A stretch of 64,000 nt of DNA from Alphaproteobacteria bacterium (lineage in GTDB: Bacteria > Pseudomonadota > Alphaproteobacteria > JAAXGF01), in assembly GCA_963555825.3 (NCBI GenBank), contig CAUVXB020000002.1:1600001-1664000 (forward strand). Reading direction: 5' to 3'. The translations under genes and the position numbers were made by a program. Below are positions 19,413-28,769 of this stretch, in pieces (within the stretch, counting starts at the first letter, position 1; every line of letters starts with the position of its first letter). The notes beneath the pieces are model-generated. The model was not told the DNA's origin. It was given only the letters and a program-made list of their open reading frames with translations, and searched no databases.

Positions 19413-20226
19413 GACTGCGGATCAGCTCAGCGTTCTAACGGGCTTCATTCCCCGATTCGCTTGTTGGCTGGTGTGACCATGTCTCCTTGGTCCCGCGTGC
19501 CGAGAGCTTCGCGGCCCTCAACGATGCTCTCGCCGAACAGTGCCGCCGGCGCCAGGCGGCGCGGCTGCGGGGCCACAAGGAGACCATCGGCGAGCGTCTC
19601 GAGCGGGATCGTCAAGTTCTCTTGCCATTGCCGCCTGCTCCCTATGATGCCTGCGATAAGCGCCCTGGACGGGCGAGTTCGCTGTCGCTGGTGCGTTACC
19701 GCAGCAACGACTATTCCGTGCCCGTGGCCTACGGCCACCGTGAGGTGCTCATCCGGGGCTACGTCGATGAGGTGGTGATCAGCTGCGGGGCCGAGGTGAT
19801 CGCCCGGCACCGCCGGTCCTACGACAGCGAGGACCTGATCTTCGACCCGCTGCATTACCTGCCCTTGATCGAGCAGAAGATCGGCGCCCTCGACCAGGCC
19901 GCGCCATTGGCGGGCTGGGACCTGCCCGAGGCCTTCATCACTCTGCGGCGGCTCCTCGAAGCTCGTATGGGCAAGGCAGGCAAGCGCGAGTACGTCCAGG
20001 TGCTCCGTCTACTGGAGACCTTCCGGCTCGAGGAGGTCGAGGGTGCGGTCGGCGACGCCCTGCGGCTCGGCGCAATCGGCTTTGATGCGGTGAAGCACCT
20101 GGTACTGTGCCGCATCGAGCGGCGGCCGCCCAGGCTCAACCTCGACGTCTATCCGTATCTGCCGCGCGCCCGGGTCGCGATGACGTCCGCCAAGTCGTAC
20201 ATGAGCCTGCTGTCGGGGCTCGGCGC

Positions 20227-20991
20227 ATGACCGACACACCGCAAGTGCTGCTCGCCCACCACCTCAAGACGCTGAAGCTGCCGACCTTCCTGCGCGAGTA
20301 CGACAAGATCGCCCGGCAGTGCGCCTCGGAAGGCGTCGATCACGTCCGCTACCTGTTGAGACTCGCCGAGCTCGAGCTGATCGACCGCGAGCGCCGCATG
20401 GTCGAGCGGCGCATCAAGGCGGCGCGCTTCCCCGTGGTCAAGAGCCTCGACAGCTTCGACTTCAAGGTCATCCCCTCGCTCAACAAGGCGCTGGTCCTGG
20501 AGCTGGCCCGCTGCGAGTACATCGAGCGCCGCGAGAACCTCATCGCGCTCGGCAACAGTGGGACCGGCAAGACCCACATCGCCCTCGGTCTCGGCCTGGC
20601 GGCCTGCCAGAAGGGCCTCTCGGTCGGCTTCATCACCGCCGCCGCGCTGGTCCACGAACTCATCGAGGCCCGCGATGACAAGCAGCTGCTGAGGTTCCAG
20701 AAGAAGCTCGCCACCTACAAGCTTCTGATCGTCGACGAACTCGGCTTCGTGCCGCTGTCGAAGACCGGCGCCGAGCTGTTGTTCGAGGTGTTCAGCCAAC
20801 GCTACGAGCGGGGCTCGACCCTGGTCACCACCAATCTGCCCTTCGACGAATGGACCGAGGTGTTCGGCTCCGAGCGCCTCACCGGCGCGCTCCTCGATCG
20901 CCTCACCCACCACGTCAACATCCTCGAGATGAACGGTGACAGCTACAGGCTCAACCAGAGCCGCAGGCGTCAAACCCCGACTGCTAACTGA
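20227..20991 (+). CDS. istB: IS21 ATP-binding helper protein
   Basis: GNSGTGKTH Walker [23 protein letters not shown]; ATGA overlap with istA. Confidence 0.95.
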   Translation: MTDTPQVLLAHHLKTLKLPTFLREYDKIARQCASEGVDHVRYLLRLAELELIDRERRMVERRIKAARFPVVKSLDSFDFKVIPSLNKALVLELARCEYIERRENLIALGNSGTGKTHIALGLGLAACQKGLSVGFITAAALVHELIEARDDKQLLRFQKKLATYKLLIVDELGFVPLSKTGAELLFEVFSQRYERGSTLVTTNLPFDEWTEVFGSERLTGALLDRLTHHVNILEMNGDSYRLNQSRRRQTPTAN

Positions 20992-21182
20992 ACCGACCAC
21001 CCAGCCCACGCTTGACCCCGTGGGCCCACAGGTCCCTCCCGCGCGCGCCGCCGCGTCAGCCTGTTGAGGGCACGCCGCGTCGCGCGCGGGGCCCTCCCGT
21101 GGACTACGGGGACAAGCCCGCAGCCGCCAAGCGGTCCCTTCTTACACCGCCGAGGTGGTCCCTTTTTGCTCCGCCATTGACT

Positions 21183-21335
21183 CGCCGCCGGCATCTGCAC
21201 CAGGATCGCGCCGTCGGTTCCGCCCGCCTCGACCAGCAGGACACGGACGTCGGGGTCTTCGGAGAGCCGCGCCGCGACGACGCAGCCGGCCGATCCGGCG
21301 CCCGCCACGATGTAGTCGTATGCCGCCTCGGTCAT
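21183..21335 (-). pseudogene. GMC oxidoreductase (choline dehydrogenase-like) N-terminal stub
   Basis: [30 protein letters not shown]; cut by the IS21 right end. Confidence 0.85.
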
Positions 21336-21365
21336 GATCATTGCTCTTGCGATGAACAGATGTGA

Positions 21366-21399
21366 CATAAAATATATTGGACGTCCAGCTTATTTTATG
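21366..21399. promoter_or_regulatory. BetI-type operator in the divergent promoter
   Basis: Core palindrome TGGACGTCCA flanked by CATAAAATA/TATTTTATG; similar to the BetI box (ATTGAACGTCCAAT). Confidence 0.7.
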
Positions 21400-21412
21400 A
21401 TTTCATGCCGCC

Positions 21413-22072
21413 ATGACGACACTTGAGCCCTCCGTGACGCGGCATCGGCGGACGCCGCGCCGGCGCCCGCGTAGCCAGCCCGAGATCAACGCCCAGCGCC
21501 GCATCGAGCTGGTCGAGGGCGCCATCCGTTCGGTCGCGGCTCACGGGCTCGCGGGCACCACGGTACAGACGATCTCGGCGGCGGCCGGCGCCTCGCGCGG
21601 TTTGTTGGCGCACTACTACGGCAGCAAGGGCGCGCTGATGCTGGCGGCGTACCGCCATCTCTGCGACACCATCGCGCAAAGCATGGGCGACGCCGCCCGG
21701 GCCAGCGGCAAGGCCGCTTCGGCCCGGCTCGACGCCATGGTGGTCGCGGTCTTCTCGCCGCCCATCTTCGAGCCGGTCAAGCTCGCCGCCTTCCTGAGCT
21801 TCTGGCACGAGGTACGAACCAATCCCGCCATGGCGGCGATCAACCACGAGCTCTACCGCGACTACCGCGAGGTCGTCGCGCGTCTCTTCGAACGCGCCGC
21901 GGCCGAACGCAACGCCGCCATCGACGGCCGCACCGCGGCGATTGGCCTGATCGCGCTGATCGACGGCTTCTGGGTCGAGCTCACGATCGACCCCGCCGCC
22001 TTTTCCGTCGACCAGGCGCTCGGCGTCTGCCGCACCTATGTCGACCGCTTCCTCGCCACGACGACAAGCTGA
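21413..22072 (+). CDS. TetR family regulator, BetI-like
   Basis: RRIELVEGAI..GTTVQTI..ASRGLLAHYY HTH; ALIDGFW C-terminal motif. Confidence 0.85.
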   Translation: MTTLEPSVTRHRRTPRRRPRSQPEINAQRRIELVEGAIRSVAAHGLAGTTVQTISAAAGASRGLLAHYYGSKGALMLAAYRHLCDTIAQSMGDAARASGKAASARLDAMVVAVFSPPIFEPVKLAAFLSFWHEVRTNPAMAAINHELYRDYREVVARLFERAAAERNAAIDGRTAAIGLIALIDGFWVELTIDPAAFSVDQALGVCRTYVDRFLATTTS

Positions 22073-22083
22073 CAGGACAGACC

Positions 22084-22920
22084 ATGGCCACCCGCGACAC
22101 GCTTACCAAACTCGACACGCCGACACTGGTGCCGGCCGCCACCGTGCCCTACGTCATCTGGGGCGACGAGCAGTCGGGCTTCGTCAACGACCTGTTCCAT
22201 ATCATGAGCGACCAGATGGTCGTCGTGACGGTGACCATGCCGCCGGGCGCTTCGTTCTCGTCTTCGGACCGCTTCCGGCCCTATTTCGACACCCATGAAT
22301 GCCTCTACGTGCTGGCCGGCAATTACACCTGCCAGGACCCGACGACCGGCGAGCTGCGCTCGATCGGCGAGGGCGAGATGCTGCTCATGCGCGAGCGGCA
22401 ATGGCATTACGGGCACAATTTCGGCGACAGCGAGCTGCGCCTGCTGGAGGTCATCTGCCCACCCGCCAACGCCGCCGCCCTCGGTGACCATCCGCGCCCC
22501 GAGACGGCCATTCCGTTCGACGCCAAGGCGCTCGCCGACTGGCCGCGTGGCCGTGCCATCGCCCATCACCGCCTGGAAAAGATCGGCCACGACGGTCGGC
22601 TGAACGCTTTGCTTGGCACCGAATGCCCGATCCTGCTCGAGGTGCTCGCCTCGACCGAAAAGGTCGGATTCGCCGTCGCCAGCTTGCGCGCCGGCGCCCG
22701 CAGCGACATCGTCGGCTTCCCCTACGATGTCGTCTACCACGTCGAGGAAGGCGAGCTCTTCGTCTCCGACATCGAGGGCGGCGCTTATTTCCACGCCGCG
22801 GTGGGCGATTGCGTCTTCCTGCCGGCGGACTGCCGCCACCGATTGTTCAACCACACGGCCACGACATGCCGTTTCGACCTCGGCGGCGCCGGCAGCCTCG
22901 ACCGGCATCGGGTCGGCTGA
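22084..22920 (+). CDS. Bicupin protein
   Basis: Two cupin repeats: ECLYVLAG..WHYGHN and YHVEEG..VFLPADCRHRLFN. Confidence 0.75.
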   Translation: MATRDTLTKLDTPTLVPAATVPYVIWGDEQSGFVNDLFHIMSDQMVVVTVTMPPGASFSSSDRFRPYFDTHECLYVLAGNYTCQDPTTGELRSIGEGEMLLMRERQWHYGHNFGDSELRLLEVICPPANAAALGDHPRPETAIPFDAKALADWPRGRAIAHHRLEKIGHDGRLNALLGTECPILLEVLASTEKVGFAVASLRAGARSDIVGFPYDVVYHVEEGELFVSDIEGGAYFHAAVGDCVFLPADCRHRLFNHTATTCRFDLGGAGSLDRHRVG

Positions 22921-23699
22921 TGGGTGCCACCGCCAGGCTGTTCGATCTGACCGGCAAGTCGGTCATCGTCACCGGCTCGGGCCGCGGCCTGGGCCGGGCC
23001 ATGGCGCGTGGCCTCGCCGAGGCCGGCGCCCGCGTCACGCTATGCGGGCGCAGCGCCGACATCGTCAAGGACGCCGCCGACGAACTGCGCGCCGAGGGTC
23101 ACGAGGCGCTCGACGTCGTCTTCGACGCGCGCGACCGCGCCGACGTCGAGCGGCTGATAGACACCACCGCGGCGGCCTTCGGCGGCCTCGACGTCATGGT
23201 CGTCAATCATGGCATCGGGCGCGCGCAGCGGGCGGAAGACGTCGAGTCCGCCGCATGGAACGAGATGATCGCGATCAACCTGACCAGCGCCTTCACCTGC
23301 GCCCAGCTCGCCGGCCGACGCATGATCGAGCAGGGCCGCGGCGGCTCTATCGTGTTCACCGGCTCGACCGGCAGCCTGGTTGCCTTCGAGGGCCTGACGG
23401 CCTATGGCGCGGCCAAGGCCGGGCTCGACCACGCGGCGCGTCAGCTGGCCGCCGAATGGGGCCGCCACAAGATCCGCGTCAACGTCGTCGCGCCGGGCTA
23501 CATGACGAGCAACATGCGCGACACCGGCGGGCGCTACGACGCCGCCGAACACCTCGCAGGCGTTCTCGCGCTGACGCCGCTCGGCCGCAAGGGCGAACCG
23601 GAGGAGCTGGTCGGCCCGGTCGTGTTCCTCGCCAGCGACGCGTCGAGCTACGTCACCGGGCACGTCATCCCGGTCGACGGCGGCTGGTGCATCCTGTGA
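22920..23699 (+). CDS. SDR family oxidoreductase
   Basis: TGSGRGLG, YGAAK, VNVVAPG, VDGG. Confidence 0.92.
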   Translation: MGATARLFDLTGKSVIVTGSGRGLGRAMARGLAEAGARVTLCGRSADIVKDAADELRAEGHEALDVVFDARDRADVERLIDTTAAAFGGLDVMVVNHGIGRAQRAEDVESAAWNEMIAINLTSAFTCAQLAGRRMIEQGRGGSIVFTGSTGSLVAFEGLTAYGAAKAGLDHAARQLAAEWGRHKIRVNVVAPGYMTSNMRDTGGRYDAAEHLAGVLALTPLGRKGEPEELVGPVVFLASDASSYVTGHVIPVDGGWCIL

Positions 23700-24475
23700 C
23701 CGCGGACCCTCGCGTCGACGCGGCGGTCGGCGCGCTGCAAGACGACGGCTACGCGATCGTCGATGGGCTCGCGTCGCCCGAAGTCATGCGCGACATCGCG
23801 ACCGAGTTGCGGCCACATTTCGACGCCGTCGCGCCGGCCGAGCGGGGCAACGCCACCGCGCGCGTCCACAGCCGCGTGCTGGCCGGCGGGCCGGCGCTGC
23901 AGGACCGCATGATCGATCCGGTCGTCACCGGCGTGCTCGACCGCCTGCTCGGTCCCACCTGCGTGCGCTACCAGCTGTCCAGCGTGCAAGGCATCGAGGT
24001 CTTCCCCGGCGCGGCCGACCAGGGCCTCCGCCGCGACGACGACATCTTCCGGCTGCCCCATCCGCACCCGGTGTTCGAGGTCAACGTGATGTGGGCGGTG
24101 ACCGACTTCACGGCCGCGAACGGCGCGACGCGCGTCGTGCCGAACAGCCATCTCTGGCCGACCGGACGGACGCCCGAGCCGGGCGGCGACGTCGTCGCCG
24201 CGATGGCCGCGGGATCGGCGCTGCTGTGGCTCGGCTCGACCTGGCACGGCGCCGGCGCCAACCGGTCCGAGGCGCCGCGCATCGGCTTCTATGCCGGCTA
24301 CTCGCTCGGTTGGCTGCGCCAGGAAGAGATGATGTACCTGGCGTTGCCGCCCGAGGCCGTGCGGCCCATGCCCGAGGCGCTGCAGCGCCTGATCGGCTAT
24401 GAGCTCAAGGGCACCATGACGCTCGGCTGGCTCGACGGCCGCGACCCGCGCGAGGCGCTCGGCCTCGATCGCTGA
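23696..24475 (+). CDS. PhyH family Fe/2OG dioxygenase (HxD His replaced by Arg)
   Basis: QGLRRDD, DFTAANGATRVVPNSH, WHGAGAN, WLRQEE. Confidence 0.85.
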   Translation: MTADPRVDAAVGALQDDGYAIVDGLASPEVMRDIATELRPHFDAVAPAERGNATARVHSRVLAGGPALQDRMIDPVVTGVLDRLLGPTCVRYQLSSVQGIEVFPGAADQGLRRDDDIFRLPHPHPVFEVNVMWAVTDFTAANGATRVVPNSHLWPTGRTPEPGGDVVAAMAAGSALLWLGSTWHGAGANRSEAPRIGFYAGYSLGWLRQEEMMYLALPPEAVRPMPEALQRLIGYELKGTMTLGWLDGRDPREALGLDR

Positions 24476-24587
24476 GCGACGCCGCCTGGCGTCGAATTCC
24501 GCCGCGTTCTCGTCCAATCGTCTCGAGCGCCCTACAATGCACGCCGGCGATCGAGCGTCTCGTGAACCAAGGGTGGCATCGACGATC

Positions 24588-25115
24588 ATGAAAATCATCG
24601 ACCTCACATTGCCTTTGTACACCGGTATGGAGGTCTATCCGGGCGACGCGGCGCCAAGTTTCGAGTTGGTCGAGCGATTCGCCGAGACCGGATGGAACAT
24701 GCGCCGGCTGGAAATCAACGGGCACGACGGGACGCACGTCAACCTGCCGCTGCATGCCACGGCCGCGGGCAAGAATCTGGACGACTATGACCTGGCGACG
24801 TTCATGGGGGAATCGGTGCTCTACGAGTCCGATGCCGACATCAGTCCCGGGGTCGGGTTGATATTCCACGCCACGGATATTTCATGGCGAATCGCCGAGG
24901 CCATCGTCGCAATCGGACCCAGCTTCATCGGTCTGCCGGCGAAGTTCGAGTTCGACATCACAATCGAGCGCTGGCTGCTCGAACGCGACGTCATTTCGTT
25001 TGAACGCCTGATCAACACCGAGCAACTGCCCAAGTCCTTCTACTTCCACGGCGCGCCATTGAAAGTCGTCCATGGCGACGGCAGCCCGGTCCGTGCTTAT
25101 GCGGTCACGAACTAG
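24588..25115 (+). CDS. Cyclase/kynurenine formamidase family protein
   Basis: IIDLT, YPGD, HDGTHV, PLKV..GDGSPVRA. Confidence 0.85.
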   Translation: MKIIDLTLPLYTGMEVYPGDAAPSFELVERFAETGWNMRRLEINGHDGTHVNLPLHATAAGKNLDDYDLATFMGESVLYESDADISPGVGLIFHATDISWRIAEAIVAIGPSFIGLPAKFEFDITIERWLLERDVISFERLINTEQLPKSFYFHGAPLKVVHGDGSPVRAYAVTN

Positions 25116-25319
25116 GCTGACAAAGCTGTCGTTGGAAGCTGCTTGGGCGGGGCGTCGCAATCCTGAGAACTCTGGCTCGTCCGAGAGTCGTGCGGATGCC
25201 GGGCTGAGAACCAGCGCGATGGGCTAAGTGAACCCGACGCGCGGCAAAAACTTGTGGTTTGCCGCCAAATGGTACGGAGCTATGCTCGACGCGATGAACG
25301 GTCGCGCGAGGTACACGCC

Positions 25320-26519
25320 ATGGCGGCTCTCGGCAGCTTGCTAAAATCCCGCCGGTCGGGTTGGTCCCTCGAGCAACAGTTCTACACCGATCCGGCAATC
25401 TTCACGTCCGACATGGCGCGCGTATTTCGGCGCGGCTGGCTGTTCTCCGGTCACGCCTGCCAGGTGGCGCGGCCGGGCGATTACTTCACCTACGACGTCG
25501 CCGACGACCCCGTGATCATCATTCGCGGCAACGATGGCGAACTCCATGCCTTGTACAACGTCTGCCGGCACCGCGGCTCGCGCATCTGTCTCGCGCCCGC
25601 GGGCCGCGCGACCAGGCTCATCTGTCCGTACCATCAGTGGACCTACGACACCGATGGCACGCTGTTGCACAACACCTGGATGCCGGAGGATTTCGACAAA
25701 TCCGCGTTCGGCCTGGCCAAGGGGCATCTGCGCGACGTCGCCGGGCTGATCTTCGTCAGCCTGGCCGACGACCCGCCCGGGTTCGCCCCGGCGGACGATT
25801 TCACACGGCTGTTGGCGCCCCACGGACTGGAACGCGCGAAGCTGGCCCATTCGATGACCTACGACATTCCCGCAAACTGGAAATTGGTCATCGAGAACCA
25901 GCGCGAATGCTATCACTGCCCGGCCAAACACAAGGGCTACGCCGAGATCCAACTCGACACCGACGTCGACGATGCCGACAAGCGCGCCGCCATTGTGCAA
26001 CGCGAGGCCGAGAGCCGCGGCAAATGGGCGGCGCAGGGACTCGACGTCTCGCTAATCAGTGCGGACTACGCGATGAATGGGCCGTGGTGGCGCGCAAATC
26101 GCACGCCGTTTCGAGCCGGCAACGTCTCGGAGACCAGCGACGGCCAGCCGGTCGCCCCGCTGATGGGCGCGTTCACCGACGCCGACGCCGGCAATGCGCG
26201 CGCCAATACCTATCCGAACTTCTGGCTTCATGGCTCGAGCGACCACGTGCACACCATGCGGGTGACGCCGATCGACGCGTCGACGACACGGATCCAGGCG
26301 GACTGGCTGGTCGACGCGGCTGCCGAGGCGGGCATCGACTACGACGTCTCGCGTCTCATCGAATTTTCCAAACGGGTCAACGACGAAGACCACGTCATCG
26401 TCACCGACCAGGCGAGCGGCGTCGCCTCTTCGCGTTACCGGCCCGGCCCCTACGCGCCGGTGAAGGAGGCGCTGGCCGAGCATTTCGTCACCTGGTACAT
26501 CGAACAGCTGGCGGGGTAG
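25320..26519 (+). CDS. Rieske non-heme iron oxygenase alpha subunit (GbcA/stachydrine demethylase-like)
   Basis: NVCRHRG..CPYHQWTY Rieske motif; NWK..ENQRECYHC..H; EAGIDYD; YRPGPY. Confidence 0.88.
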   Translation: MAALGSLLKSRRSGWSLEQQFYTDPAIFTSDMARVFRRGWLFSGHACQVARPGDYFTYDVADDPVIIIRGNDGELHALYNVCRHRGSRICLAPAGRATRLICPYHQWTYDTDGTLLHNTWMPEDFDKSAFGLAKGHLRDVAGLIFVSLADDPPGFAPADDFTRLLAPHGLERAKLAHSMTYDIPANWKLVIENQRECYHCPAKHKGYAEIQLDTDVDDADKRAAIVQREAESRGKWAAQGLDVSLISADYAMNGPWWRANRTPFRAGNVSETSDGQPVAPLMGAFTDADAGNARANTYPNFWLHGSSDHVHTMRVTPIDASTTRIQADWLVDAAAEAGIDYDVSRLIEFSKRVNDEDHVIVTDQASGVASSRYRPGPYAPVKEALAEHFVTWYIEQLAG

Positions 26520-26537
26520 CGCAGTCTCGACACGGGG
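26443..26537 (+). repeat. 95-bp direct repeat of the Rieske gene 3' end, copy 1 (copy 2 at 27431-27525)
   Basis: 4 mismatches in 95 bp; flanks the GST insert. Confidence 0.95.
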
Positions 26538-26625
26538 CGCCGACGCGCGTGCTGACATGTGGTTGGCGGGCTCGATCGTCGGCTACTTTCGGGCTGCTCC
26601 TTGGAATGAAAGAAATTTGGTTGGA

Positions 26626-27261
26626 TCAGCCGAGATCGGGTTCGGTCGCCTTGAAACTTTCGACCTCATTGAGGGCTGCCCACCAGGCCGCCACGCCTGG
26701 CACCGCCATCAAGCGCTCGGCGTCCGGCGTTAGCGAGACGTAAAAAAGGATCGGCCCCAAAAAGAAATCCGCAAGGCCCGGATTGGCTCCGGCGATCCAA
26801 GGATCATCGCCCTTGATCTCCATCAATAGACCGAGCAGCTTCTCGCTTTCCTTGAGACACGCTGCACGCGCGTCATCATTGGCACCGCCGATGAAATCCG
26901 GAAACAGGTGGTATCCAGCGACACCAACGAGTGCATCGTATCCGTAGCTGTTGATGTGGCTGATTGCCTCGTTCATTCGGGCCCGGTCTTTCGGCGTGTC
27001 GGCAACAGACGACGGCCCGGACAGGGTCTCGTCGAGATAACGGCAGATCGCATCTGTCTCGCGAATCCGAACGCCGTCGATATCCAGGACCGGCACCTTT
27101 CCGAAAGGATGGCGGGCCAAGTGTTCTGGTTGTCTGGGTTCACCGGCAAGCACGTTCACCGGAACCTGCTCGTATTCCACACCTTTTTCCATGAGAACCA
27201 TGCGAACGGTGCGAACATAAGTGGATCCATCGAAGCCGTAGAGGATTGGTTTAACGGTCAT
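26626..27261 (-). CDS. Glutathione S-transferase family protein
   Basis: GSTYVRTV, HPFGKVPVL, ETDAICRY, GLADFF. Confidence 0.9.
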   Translation of the reverse strand: MTVKPILYGFDGSTYVRTVRMVLMEKGVEYEQVPVNVLAGEPRQPEHLARHPFGKVPVLDIDGVRIRETDAICRYLDETLSGPSSVADTPKDRARMNEAISHINSYGYDALVGVAGYHLFPDFIGGANDDARAACLKESEKLLGLLMEIKGDDPWIAGANPGLADFFLGPILFYVSLTPDAERLMAVPGVAAWWAALNEVESFKATEPDLG

Positions 27262-27572
27262 GCTAACCCCCTTCATCGATCAGTTGCTTACTCGGCATAT
27301 GCTAGTCGCTTCAAGCGTCGACGTGAACCGGCCAATGTTTCGGCAAGCCATCCGATCACGGCCTCGACCCGCGCGAGGCGCTCGATGTCGGGATGCACGA
27401 GCATCCGAAGCGTCGGAACGATCTCCGGTGCCGGCCCCTACGCGCCGGTGAAGGAGGCGCTGGCCGAGCATTTCGTCGCCTGGTACATCGAACAACTGGG
27501 GCGGTAGCGCAGTCTCGACACGGGGGGCTGACGTCGAAATTGGCGCGAGCCAAACGCGTGGCCGAGCCGGCC

Positions 27573-28751
27573 TCAGGCATTGCCACCGCCACGCCGCCGC
27601 TTCTGCACATAGCGCGCGACGGCGAGCGGCAGGTAGGCGAGGCAGAAGGCGATGACGACGTAGGGCATGGCCTCGGCGCCCCAGTGCTCCATGGCGGCGC
27701 CCGTGACGGTCGGCCCGCCGACGCTGCCGAGCCCCCAGGTGACGACGAAGACGGCGTTGGCGGCGGCCAGATCGGCGCCCTTGAAGCGGTGGCCCAGCAT
27801 GATCATGCCGATCGTGTAGAAGCCGCCCATGGCGGCGCCCATCACGAGCATGTCGGCCCACAGCAGCACCACGTCGCCGATGACCAACGGCAGCGCCAGG
27901 CAGCCGGCCATGATGACGACGACGCAGCCGATGATCATCAGACGCTGGTCGAGGCGGTCGGCGGCCCAGCCGATCGGCAGCTGGCCGATCACCGAACCGA
28001 TCGTCAGCACCGTCAACAGCGTCACCGAGGCGGTCGCGCCGAGCCCCATGTCGAGCGCGTAGATCGGCAGCAGCGGCAGCAACGAGGAGTCGATCAGGCC
28101 GAACATCATGCCGGCGAACATCAGCATCGGCGCGATGCGCAGGAAGTACCACAGGCGCCCCGACGGGCGGCCCCCGATCGGCGGCACGACGCCGGCGGCC
28201 CACAGCAGCGGCAGCGCGCCGAGGCCGATCATCGTCGCGCCGACGACGAAGGGCAGCCAGCCCTCGATGCCGGTCACGCCGATGATCAGCGGGCCGACCG
28301 CGAAGCCCGCCGACAGGACGAAGGCGTAGAGCCCGATGATGCGGCCGCGCGTCTTCGGCTCGGCGATCTGGTTGACCCAGATGTCGGCGGCGATGAACAG
28401 CACCTCGACGAAGCCGCCCATCAGGAAGCGGATCGGGAACCAAGCGTACACATTGGGGAAAACCGGCAGGAGCAGGATTGTCGCCACCGTGCCGGCGAAG
28501 CAAATCGCCATCAGCCGCACCGTGCCGACGCGCGCCATCAGCCACGGCGTCGCCGGCACGATGACCAGGATGGCGATCGTCTGGCTCGCCGAGGAGAGCC
28601 CGATCAGCCCGCTGTCGACGCCTTGCGCCTCGAGGATCAACGACAACAGCGGCCAGGTCAGCCCGAGCGTCATGGCGATCGACAGCGCCGCCGCCAGGCA
28701 GACGATCAGGCTGCGTCGCCGCTCGGCGGGGGACAGGACGAGCTCGGTCAT
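27573..28751 (-). CDS. MFS transporter
   Basis: ~12 TM, GWAADRLD motif, RGRIIGLY. Confidence 0.88.
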   Translation of the reverse strand: MTELVLSPAERRRSLIVCLAAALSIAMTLGLTWPLLSLILEAQGVDSGLIGLSSASQTIAILVIVPATPWLMARVGTVRLMAICFAGTVATILLLPVFPNVYAWFPIRFLMGGFVEVLFIAADIWVNQIAEPKTRGRIIGLYAFVLSAGFAVGPLIIGVTGIEGWLPFVVGATMIGLGALPLLWAAGVVPPIGGRPSGRLWYFLRIAPMLMFAGMMFGLIDSSLLPLLPIYALDMGLGATASVTLLTVLTIGSVIGQLPIGWAADRLDQRLMIIGCVVVIMAGCLALPLVIGDVVLLWADMLVMGAAMGGFYTIGMIMLGHRFKGADLAAANAVFVVTWGLGSVGGPTVTGAAMEHWGAEAMPYVVIAFCLAYLPLAVARYVQKRRRGGGNA

Positions 28752-28769
28752 GGCGACGACGGCGGCCGG

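Larger units (their letters stand above)
17374..20230 (+). pseudogene. istA: IS21 transposase IstA, split into 17374-18222 and 19490-20230 by an insert
   Basis: HTH, PGHAQADFG, ILYDN, KGKVEG; second part continues after a 90-bp duplication. Confidence 0.9.
17256..21182 (+). mobile_element. IS21 family element (istA interrupted), no target duplication
   Basis: Left end TGAGAACGGCAGAGCAATAATCCCCCA vs right-end reverse complement AGTCAATGGCGGAGCAAAAAGGGACCA, subterminal repeats, istA-istB. Confidence 0.85.

Noticed and set aside
25112-25150. Second attC after the cyclase gene (GGCTGAC-AAAGC)
   Set aside because: No matching L' or R' boxes; too short to support
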